Assembly: GCA_030038215.1 (NCBI GenBank)
Contig: JASHPI010000100.1
Location: forward strand, 1 to 52,496
Length of the DNA stretch: 52,496 nt
Reading direction: 5' to 3'
DNA from: Vulcanimicrobiota bacterium
GTDB lineage: Bacteria; Vulcanimicrobiota; Vulcanimicrobiia; Vulcanimicrobiales; Vulcanimicrobiaceae
A program made the position numbers and the translations under genes. How positions within the stretch are numbered: position 1 is the first letter of the stretch; each line of letters opens with the position of its first letter. Shown here one piece after another: positions 31,519 through 39,219 of the stretch. The notes beneath the pieces were generated by a model. It worked only from the letters and a program-made list of their open reading frames with translations. It made no database searches and was not told the DNA's origin.

Positions 31519-33376
31519 GGCCGTCGTCGAGCATCTACTCGACACCGGAAAGGTCTATGCCGCCGACGTAGCTCGCGCGCGAGAGATACAAGCGCGGGAC
31601 GGAGGCGATCTTGCCTGGATTCTCGGTTCGCTGGGCGTGGTCTCGCGCGACGACCTCTTCCAGTCGATGTCGGAGGTCTATGGCATTCCTTACGTTCACG
31701 ACATCGAGGGATTACGTTCGACGGCCGACCCGATGCTCGTTTCAAAAATGAGCTACGAGGAAGTCGAAGGGCTGCAATTCATGCCGTTTCGTCGCGATGG
31801 CGACGTGCTGATCGTGATGACGTCGAGCCCGGGACGTGCCGAAGTGCGCGAGTATTGTGCCGAAAAGTTCGGAACCAGCAAAGTCGCCGAGTTGTTGGTG
31901 AGCGATCTCGGTCTCACGCTCGCGGCCGCGCGTACCTACCGCGACGATCTCATAACCGACTCGACGTTGAAGCTCTACCATCGCGACCCCGAGCATAGCG
32001 CGCGTCGCGTCTTTAGCCGGCAGCAGGTGTATGGTTTCACCGTTATTGGTCTGCTTTGGGTCGTCTGGTTTGCGTTTCAACCAATACCGGCGTTGGTCGC
32101 GATCATCGCCGTAATGCAGCTGTTCTATCTCTCTGCGGTGCTCTTTAAGTTTCTGTTGAGTTTTGCCGGCGCCCAGTTGGAGCGTTTTAAGCCGATCTCA
32201 CAGGCTGAGATCGACGCGCTTGACGACCGCGACCTTCCCGTGTACACGGTATTATGTCCGGTCTACAAGGAGCCGGAGGTCGTCGCGAAACTGATCGAGT
32301 CGCTCAAACGAGTCGACTACCCGCAGCATAAACTCGACGTCATCCTGCTGCTCGAAGAGGACGACTTGGCGACGCTCGACGCGGCGACCGCCGCGAAGCC
32401 GGCCATCACCTGGCGCTTCATGGTCGTCCCAAACTCGCTGCCCCGCACCAAACCCAAGGCGTGCAACTACGGGCTGGTCTTCGCGCGCGGCGAGTTCTTG
32501 GTCATCTACGATGCCGAAGACATCGTGGCGGACGACCAGCTGAAGATGGCGGTCGTGGCCTTCAGAAAATCTCCAATGAGCACCCTCTGTTTCCAAGCGG
32601 CTCTGAACTACTTTAACATTGAAGAGAATCTGCTTACCCGGATGTTCACCCTCGAGTACTCCTATTGGTTCGACTACCTCGTGCCAGGCCTCGACCATCT
32701 GGGTCTGCCGATTCCTCTAGGGGGAACGAGCAATCACTTCCGCACGCAGGAGCTGCGCAAGCTCAGCGGATGGGACCCCTTCAATACGACCGAGGATGCC
32801 GACTTGGGCATCCGCGCGAGCGCGATGAAGTACCACGTCGGCTTCATCAACTCGACGACCTATGAGGAAGCAAACGCCAACGTCGGCAATTGGATCCGAC
32901 AGCGGTCGCGCTGGGTGAAGGGATACATGCAGACCTTCTTGGTTTACAGCCGTCATCCGATCGCCTTGATCCGAGAGATCGGCCTGCGCGACTTCGTGAG
33001 CTTTGCGCTTTTCGTCGGCGGGACGCCGGTCACGTTTTTGGCCACGCCGATTTTTTACTTCCTGTTCGTAGTGGGCTTGATCGGGATGCTTTTGGGAAAT
33101 CAGATGGTTTCGGTGCTCTTTCCGAGATGGGTGCTCTACGTGGCGCTCTTCAATCTCGTGATCGGGAACTTTCTTGGAATATACCTCAACATGATCGCCA
33201 TATTCTTGCGCAAGAACTATAAGCTTATGCCGTTTGCGCTGCTGAATCCCATCTATTGGCTGCTGCATTCGATCGCGGCCTACAAGGCGCTCTGGCAGCT
33301 CTTCACCAGGCCGTTTTATTGGGAAAAGACGCAGCACGGAATTACGCATGTAGCGGTTGGAGATGAAAAGGTATGA
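31490..33376 (+). CDS. Processive family-2 glycosyltransferase (synthase type) with an N-terminal T2SSE_N/MshEN-like domain and flanking TM helices
   Basis: The N-terminus aligns to GSPII_E_N (LLDTGKVYAADVARAREIQ...GGDLAWILGSLGVVSRDDLFQSMSEVYGIPYV). GT2 synthase motifs are VDYPQHKLDVILLLEEDD, IYDAEDI (DxD), TTEDADLG (TED) and QRSRWVKG (QxxRW). There are 2 TM helices before and 3-4 after the catalytic domain. Confidence 0.9.
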   Translation: MQSVFGATSEAVVEHLLDTGKVYAADVARAREIQARDGGDLAWILGSLGVVSRDDLFQSMSEVYGIPYVHDIEGLRSTADPMLVSKMSYEEVEGLQFMPFRRDGDVLIVMTSSPGRAEVREYCAEKFGTSKVAELLVSDLGLTLAAARTYRDDLITDSTLKLYHRDPEHSARRVFSRQQVYGFTVIGLLWVVWFAFQPIPALVAIIAVMQLFYLSAVLFKFLLSFAGAQLERFKPISQAEIDALDDRDLPVYTVLCPVYKEPEVVAKLIESLKRVDYPQHKLDVILLLEEDDLATLDAATAAKPAITWRFMVVPNSLPRTKPKACNYGLVFARGEFLVIYDAEDIVADDQLKMAVVAFRKSPMSTLCFQAALNYFNIEENLLTRMFTLEYSYWFDYLVPGLDHLGLPIPLGGTSNHFRTQELRKLSGWDPFNTTEDADLGIRASAMKYHVGFINSTTYEEANANVGNWIRQRSRWVKGYMQTFLVYSRHPIALIREIGLRDFVSFALFVGGTPVTFLATPIFYFLFVVGLIGMLLGNQMVSVLFPRWVLYVALFNLVIGNFLGIYLNMIAIFLRKNYKLMPFALLNPIYWLLHSIAAYKALWQLFTRPFYWEKTQHGITHVAVGDEKV

Positions 33377-34518
33377 GTGAGAGCAATCGATACGAGCTTG
33401 CGCGGCGCCTCGCCGACAGCTTGAATGAAAACTACGCGCTGGCAGACGCGCGCGTGTGGCTGCGCGACGGCGAAAGCGACGACTATCTGCCGGTCATCTC
33501 GCCGACCGTGACGCAAATCGAGCAGATCACCGAAGCGACGTCGGGCGACCTGCAAGGACGAGGCGCCTACCCGCTAGGGGCGGACGTGCTGGGGTTTGTC
33601 GAGATACCTTCTTGGCGAACGATCGACAAAGAGCGCCAAAAAGCAATTCTCACACGCGTGGAAGAGGCTGCGCAGGCGATGGCGGCGGCAGCGGCGATCT
33701 CCGAGGCGACCAGCGAATCTCCCCGGAAAATCCTGATCGTCGACCCCGACGCGGCTTTTCGAAAGTCGGTGCGGGCGGTTCTTCACGTCGCCGGTTATGC
33801 CGTCGCCGAGGCTGCCGACGGTCCATCGGCGATCGAGCAGACCCGCGCGGAGCAGCCGGACCTCGTGCTGTTGGCGTGGTTACTCGAGGGAATCAATGGA
33901 AAGGACGTCGCGCGGCAGCTCAAGGCCGACCCGTCCACGCACAGCATTCCGATCCTCATGGTGACCGTCTGCTCGTCCATCGAGGACAAGGTCGAAGCCT
34001 TGGACGCCGGCGTCCAGGATTTCGTGACCAAGCCGTTCGATTTTCGCGAGCTGCTGGCGCGCATCGAGCAGCAGGTGCGCTGGCGCAAGCTCCTCGATCA
34101 TGACGTCGAAGGCGCGGCGAGCGTTGCCGTCGCTCCAAAGGCGGTGGCGGAATCGACCGGTCCCGAGCTCACGCACTTGACCGCGTTGCTGGGGGCCAAG
34201 AACTACGACGCCGCGTTGAAGGAATCGATGGCGTCCGCGGAGTTCAGCGAAGGACGCGGCGAGTTCGAAGGCGCGGCGCAGGCGTACGTGCTGGCGAGCC
34301 AGGCAGCCGACGGAGCGAGGCGCCCCGAGCTCGCGAACAAGCTGCAGCGCCTAGCCGGCACGATGTACCTGCGTCTGGCCGAGAACTCCCGGGATACCGC
34401 GAAGATTCAGCTGGGCTACACGATGTCGGCGCGCATGTTCTTGATGGCCGGCAACCTCGTCTTAGCCCAGCAAGCGGCGCAGCACGCGACGCCGCCTGCA
34501 ACCGGCTCGACCGCCTAG
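33373..34518 (+). CDS. Receiver-domain protein lacking the phospho-acceptor Asp, with unknown N- and C-terminal extensions
   Basis: It has an ATGA overlap with the GT2 gene. The receiver core is KILIVDPDAAFR...PDLVLLAWLLEGINGKDV...PILMVTV...DFVTKPFDFRELLARIE. The position equivalent to CheY D57 is Ala (GCG 33874-33876). Confidence 0.85.
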   Translation: MSESNRYELARRLADSLNENYALADARVWLRDGESDDYLPVISPTVTQIEQITEATSGDLQGRGAYPLGADVLGFVEIPSWRTIDKERQKAILTRVEEAAQAMAAAAAISEATSESPRKILIVDPDAAFRKSVRAVLHVAGYAVAEAADGPSAIEQTRAEQPDLVLLAWLLEGINGKDVARQLKADPSTHSIPILMVTVCSSIEDKVEALDAGVQDFVTKPFDFRELLARIEQQVRWRKLLDHDVEGAASVAVAPKAVAESTGPELTHLTALLGAKNYDAALKESMASAEFSEGRGEFEGAAQAYVLASQAADGARRPELANKLQRLAGTMYLRLAENSRDTAKIQLGYTMSARMFLMAGNLVLAQQAAQHATPPATGSTA

Positions 34519-34531
34519 AAAGGAATCGGCC

Positions 34532-35566
34532 GTGCAAGCAATCGTTCTGGTTGGCGGTGAGGGCACGCGTCTGCGCCCGCTCACCTACGGCACTCCCAAG
34601 CCGATGGTTCCGATCATGGGCGTTCCGTTTTTGGCGCGCACGCTGCATCGACTGCGCGACGCGGGGATCACGGACGTCATTCTGCCCGCCGGCTATCTGC
34701 CGCAGGCGATCGTCGACTACTTCGGCGACGGCTCGCAACTCGGCATGAAGATCACCTACGTGATCGAGAAGGTGCCGCTCGGAACGGCAGGTGCCTTGAA
34801 AAACGTCGAAGAGCACGTCACCGGTTCATTTCTCGTGCTCAACGGCGACATTCTCACCAGCCTGGATCTCGGCGCGATGGTCGCCGAGCATCGGCGCAAG
34901 GGAGGCATCGGCCTGATTCACTCGATTCGCGTCGACGATCCGTCGTCGTTCGGTTGCATCGTCTGCGACTCGGACGGATGCATATCCGCCTTCGTTGAGA
35001 AACCGCCCAAGGCGAACGCCCCGACGAACGTAATCAACGCCGGTACCTATCTATTCGAGCGCGAGGTGCTCGATCTGATTCCGGCCGGTCGGAACGTATC
35101 GATCGAACGCGAGACGTTCCCGGCCATCATCGCGAGCCGGCGACTCTATTCGTACACGACCGACGACTATTGGATGGATCTCGGCCGGCCCGATGAGTAT
35201 CTCCAGGCGCACGCCGACATCCTCGCCGGCCGCATGCCGATGCTGCAGCCGCCGTTTCCGATTCGCTCGTACGTCGAGGCGGACGCGACCATCGACCCGG
35301 CGGCGCAACTCGGTCCTAATGCCGTCGTCGGCACCGGCAGCACGGTGGGTCCGCGGGCCGTCGTGCGTGATTCCGTGCTTTGGGACGGCGTGACGATCGA
35401 AGAGGGCGCGGTGGTCGAGGGGGCAATCATCGCGACCGGGGCGACGGTCGGGCGCGATGCGCACGTGCACGAAGACAGCGTGATCGGTCACTACACCGCC
35501 GTGCCCGCCGGCGCGGTCCTCGAAAAGGGGAGCCGCGTTGGAGCAACTGCTCCGATTTCGCGGTAG
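34532..35566 (+). CDS. NDP-sugar pyrophosphorylase, most similar to mannose-1-phosphate guanylyltransferase (mycobacterial Rv3264c / eukaryotic GMPP type) with a C-terminal left-handed beta-helix
   Basis: The N-terminus is MQAIVLVGGEGTRLRPLTYGTPKPMVPIMGVPFL, followed by GTAGALKN. C-terminal hexapeptide-like repeats are present (VVGTGSTVGPRAVVRDSVLWDGVTIEEGAVVEGAIIATGATVG). Sugar specificity cannot be proven by eye. Confidence 0.85.
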   Translation: MQAIVLVGGEGTRLRPLTYGTPKPMVPIMGVPFLARTLHRLRDAGITDVILPAGYLPQAIVDYFGDGSQLGMKITYVIEKVPLGTAGALKNVEEHVTGSFLVLNGDILTSLDLGAMVAEHRRKGGIGLIHSIRVDDPSSFGCIVCDSDGCISAFVEKPPKANAPTNVINAGTYLFEREVLDLIPAGRNVSIERETFPAIIASRRLYSYTTDDYWMDLGRPDEYLQAHADILAGRMPMLQPPFPIRSYVEADATIDPAAQLGPNAVVGTGSTVGPRAVVRDSVLWDGVTIEEGAVVEGAIIATGATVGRDAHVHEDSVIGHYTAVPAGAVLEKGSRVGATAPISR

Positions 35567-35598
35567 GCTGCCGCGTAGCGGCGAGAGCAAAGTGGCGC

Positions 35599-35931
35599 TT
35601 ACTGCTTGCCGTATGCGCTGACTAGGTACTGTACCAGCGTTGGAACCGCGTTGGCCGGAATCTGCGCGCCATAGGCGCGCTGCATTTTCGTAACCTCCGC
35701 GGTCCACTGCGCCGACGTCAGCGCAGGCTGCGTGGCGATGTACCCGGCGGAGTGGCAGGTGAGACAGTAGCGGCGAGCGGTTTCGACGCCGCTCCCCGGC
35801 TTAAAGGCCGTTGCGGCGTCACTCGGCAGCGCAATGGTCGCCGTCCCTTCGGGCGGCGTTGCGGTTGCCGACAGCGCGACGCCGGCCGCGACGAGCGCGA
35901 GCACAGGGAGCACCAGCAAAACGTGTTTCAT
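35599..35931 (-). CDS. Monohaem cytochrome c, SorB-like subunit of sulfite dehydrogenase
   Basis: It has a signal peptide and a CLTCHS haem motif. It is 110 aa long and its start has an ATGA overlap with the stop of the upstream Mo-enzyme gene. Confidence 0.85.
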   Translation of the reverse strand: MKHVLLVLPVLALVAAGVALSATATPPEGTATIALPSDAATAFKPGSGVETARRYCLTCHSAGYIATQPALTSAQWTAEVTKMQRAYGAQIPANAVPTLVQYLVSAYGKQ

Positions 35932-37121
35932 GAGACCGCCACGCTATAGTTCTCGATGCTGTTGCGCATGTAGCCGGCCGGATTCCAAATTGGCGCCGCG
36001 CTTTGGACGGTGCCGTCATTCGAGGTTGCGCGGACGGCCAGGACGTATCGGCCGGGCTCGGCGTTCCATTGCGCATTCCAACGGCGGAAACTGTACTTGC
36101 CGTAATCCACCTCGAGCGCAGCGCGCTGCCAGCTAAGGGCGCCATCGAACGAAACGTCGACGCGCCGCACCCCGCTGCCGCCGTCGAAAGCGATACCGCG
36201 CACCGTCATCGGCCCGGCGGCGATGCTCGATCCACTCGCGATGTTGGTGATGAAGGAGCGCACGTCCATCTTGCTGATCGGCACGGTCGGGAATCCGGTG
36301 CTGCCCGGGGCCACGCTAGCGCTAGGCGTATCGGGAATCCGATAAGCAGTTTTCATCCAGAAATTGTCGTCGGGGTAGTCGAGCACCGTGATCTGCGCGA
36401 GCATCTTAACCCAGTAGGTCGAGTACCAACCGGGAACGACCAGGCGAACGGGGAAGCCGTTGAGCAGTGGCATCGGCTCGCCGTTCATGACGAAGGCGAC
36501 GAGCACGTCGTCACTCTGCGCAACATCGATCGGAAGCGACTTCTTAAAAGCGGGCGTCTGCACGAGCACGGGTGAATCGAGACCGCGGAACTGTACTTGC
36601 ACGGCGTTACGTTGTAGGCCGGCGCGGGCCAAGACGTCGCGTAAGCGCACGCCGGTCCACCGCGCGTTTCCCATCGCGCCGTTGCCCCATTGTCCGCCGG
36701 GAACGCGCGGTTGGAAGAAGCCGCGGCTGTTTCCGGAGCATTGGCAGACGGCCGCGACCTCGACCGCAGGCATAGAGCCCAGATCCTTCAGCGATAGCGA
36801 GAGTTCGCGATTGACGGCGCCGGTGACCGAGATGCGATGCGCCGAAGCATCGACCGATTGGGGAATGCCCGCGAGGTGCCAACGAACGAAGAAGGCGTCG
36901 TTCGGCGTGAAAGCGCCATCATCGAAGAGCGCAAACGGCGTTTCGAGCTGCGGCGGCCGTGTGGTTTGTACGATGAGAGCCCTTTTTTGCGGGTACGCGG
37001 CCACCGGGCGCTCTCCGTTCGCAAACGGGAGGAGAATCGCGTTCTGCGCCTCAGCGCGGGACGCGAGCGAAAGCCACCCTAACGCGCCGCTGGCGGACAG
37101 CAGAAAACGAGACCGTTCCAA
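35928..37121 (-). CDS. Sulfite oxidase-family molybdopterin oxidoreductase, SorA-like
   Basis: The signal is MERSRFLLSASGALGWLSLASRAEA. The Mo-binding Cys context is AAVCQCSGNSRGFF. A C-terminal Ig-like dimerisation region is present. Confidence 0.9.
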   Translation of the reverse strand: MERSRFLLSASGALGWLSLASRAEAQNAILLPFANGERPVAAYPQKRALIVQTTRPPQLETPFALFDDGAFTPNDAFFVRWHLAGIPQSVDASAHRISVTGAVNRELSLSLKDLGSMPAVEVAAVCQCSGNSRGFFQPRVPGGQWGNGAMGNARWTGVRLRDVLARAGLQRNAVQVQFRGLDSPVLVQTPAFKKSLPIDVAQSDDVLVAFVMNGEPMPLLNGFPVRLVVPGWYSTYWVKMLAQITVLDYPDDNFWMKTAYRIPDTPSASVAPGSTGFPTVPISKMDVRSFITNIASGSSIAAGPMTVRGIAFDGGSGVRRVDVSFDGALSWQRAALEVDYGKYSFRRWNAQWNAEPGRYVLAVRATSNDGTVQSAAPIWNPAGYMRNSIENYSVAVS

Positions 37122-37180
37122 TGCGCGACTCCTGGAAAGTTAACAGAAGTCACCATTTTGCGAGCTCGGCCGGTTCTCCT

Positions 37181-37678
37181 CTAGGGGCTCGTCGTCGCAA
37201 GCCGTCCCCTCGAGCGTGTGCCCCAACGCTTGATCTCTGCTTCGAGATCCAGCGGGCCGCTGGGCGCCGAACGCTCGTACTCGCCCCAGTGCTTGCGCGG
37301 CACCATCCACATGACCTCGAACTCGTTACCGTCCGGGTCGTAGCCATAAATCGATTTCGTCGCACCGTGATTGCTGGCGCCGCTCAGCGTTCCATACCGT
37401 TCGAGCGCGTTGCGTGCCTCGCGCAGCGCCTCGATCTCGTCGACTTCCCACGCAAGATGATAGAGGCCGACGCCACGCTCGTTCGGCGGCGGTGCGTTCG
37501 GTCCGACCCGCGCGAGGCCCAAGTCGTGATGGTTCTCGGATCCGGGCGCCCGCATGAACGCCATGACGGTTCCCATTCGCGCGACCGTTTCGAGGCCGAG
37601 CACGTCGGCGTAGAAGGCGAGACTTCGCTCCAGGTCGCGGACCCGCAGCACGGCGTGATTGAGTCTACGGACCTTCAT
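37181..37678 (-). CDS. Glyoxalase/extradiol dioxygenase (VOC) family protein
   Basis: Trimmed to ATG 37678. It begins MKVRRLNHAVLRVRDLERSLAFYADVLGL, followed by GLYHLAWEV and YGYDPDGNEFEV. Confidence 0.85.
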   Translation of the reverse strand: MKVRRLNHAVLRVRDLERSLAFYADVLGLETVARMGTVMAFMRAPGSENHHDLGLARVGPNAPPPNERGVGLYHLAWEVDEIEALREARNALERYGTLSGASNHGATKSIYGYDPDGNEFEVMWMVPRKHWGEYERSAPSGPLDLEAEIKRWGTRSRGRLATTSP

Positions 37679-37691
37679 CGCTCGTGCTGCG

Positions 37692-39086
37692 CTAAGGGTT
37701 GACCTGCTTGCCGACCCATTTGATAACGTCTTTGTCGCACTCCAGCTGAATGTGCGAAAGCGGGAATTCCATCGCGGTGCCGTTGGGAATGTCTTTGGAT
37801 TCGGCGGCGATCGTCTCGACAACGCCGTCCCAGGGCAACTGCACGCCGCTGCCGTCGATCAGGACCTTCTTGAAGTAGTCTTCGCTCAGCAGGCACGCTG
37901 AGGGGTATCCGACGAGACAGATCCACTTGTCTCCGGCTGCTTGAAAGAAAGCCGGCTTCGCCGGCATCGACTTGATGTCGTCGAGGATCTTCGTCAGCGC
38001 ATCGGAGTTGGGTGCGAGCGACGAGATCATTCCGCTGCTGATCGCTTTGTCCACGTCGCTGGGCGGCTCGTCCGAGAACGTGTCCAGCACGCCGAGAACG
38101 AAGCCCATTCGCCAGGAGTTCTTATCTTCGGCCAGCGGCGTGCCGCGAAGCGGAAGCGGTCCGCCGAGCAGGACGACGTGCTTGATCTTGATCGAGGTGA
38201 GAAGCGGGACGGCAGCGAGCGTCACGAGCGTACCATAGCTGTGCGCCTCGACGTCGAGATCGGTCACGCCGGCATCGGCAATTTTATCGAGGAACTTGTA
38301 AAACGCCGGCCCTTCGACCTTGGGCGGATAGAACCAATCGTAATCCCATCCCAACACCTGTTTGTAGCCGCCGGCATCGGCGATCTCTTGCGGGCACGCC
38401 GGCGTCGGTGTTGCCGGGAAGGCGGTTTCCACGCTCGAGAAGATGCCGTGGATGAGCACGAGCGTCTTCTGGCCGGGCTCGATCGTTCCGGTCGTCTTCC
38501 ACTGCTTGCCATCCCAGTACCGCGGCCCCTCGGGCTGTTGTTCGTACTTCGCATTGTCGACGCCGAGCGCGATCGTCAAACCGGTCGCACCGCCGAGGAG
38601 CGTTGCGGGAATCGTGAGACCGATGGTGTGGTGCTCGGTTTCCGTGCGCCCAAGCAGCGGAAAACGTATCGTTCGCCCGTTGGCGTACGCGATTGCGATC
38701 AGCGGCAAGTACCCGGCGCGCAGGCGCGCCGCATCGCGCGGCCGGTAGCTCATTTCGAGCTGCAGCCCGGTCTCGATCTCGTCGGTCCGTTGCAACGCGG
38801 GAAGAAAGTTAACGCGCAGCGTTCCGGGAAGCATCGTCCAGGCGTGATTGGGCGCCGCGACGACGGTGTGGGACTCTTTCGCAATCACGATGCGGACGTT
38901 GCTCCCGAGCGAGCGCGAGACGAGCGCGGCGCTGTCGCCGCTCGGGGTGCGCGCCACGATTTGCGGCACGACGCTTGGTGTTAGCGAAACCCCGCTGCCG
39001 GCGCGGGGTCCGTTGCAGGCGGCGAGGGCCGCAGATACGGCTCCAAGCGCAACGGCGGCAATGCGATAGCGTGCACGAAGGTTCAC
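37692..39086 (-). CDS. Lipoprotein with a C-terminal alpha/beta-hydrolase (lipase/PGAP1-like) domain
   Basis: The lipobox is AVSAALAACNG. The hydrolase motifs are TLVLIHGIFSS and the nucleophile elbow EAHSYGT. Confidence 0.75.
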   Translation of the reverse strand: MNLRARYRIAAVALGAVSAALAACNGPRAGSGVSLTPSVVPQIVARTPSGDSAALVSRSLGSNVRIVIAKESHTVVAAPNHAWTMLPGTLRVNFLPALQRTDEIETGLQLEMSYRPRDAARLRAGYLPLIAIAYANGRTIRFPLLGRTETEHHTIGLTIPATLLGGATGLTIALGVDNAKYEQQPEGPRYWDGKQWKTTGTIEPGQKTLVLIHGIFSSVETAFPATPTPACPQEIADAGGYKQVLGWDYDWFYPPKVEGPAFYKFLDKIADAGVTDLDVEAHSYGTLVTLAAVPLLTSIKIKHVVLLGGPLPLRGTPLAEDKNSWRMGFVLGVLDTFSDEPPSDVDKAISSGMISSLAPNSDALTKILDDIKSMPAKPAFFQAAGDKWICLVGYPSACLLSEDYFKKVLIDGSGVQLPWDGVVETIAAESKDIPNGTAMEFPLSHIQLECDKDVIKWVGKQVNP

Positions 39087-39219
39087 GAGCGTTGCTCCTC
39101 CTCTCGCGGGTCGGCAACATTCTGAAACGATGAAGCCGGTCCCTACAACATTAGGCTGCTTGGCTATCCTACTTTTGGGACTTGACTAGCGCCGCAAAAC
39201 GTCGGAGAATCGTGGGAAC

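Noticed and set aside
35567-35598. Small hairpin GCCGC-GTA-GCGGC (35570-35582) between the convergent genes, considered as a bidirectional terminator.
   Set aside because: The stem is only 5 bp with a 3-nt loop and no U-tract on either strand, which is not convincing.
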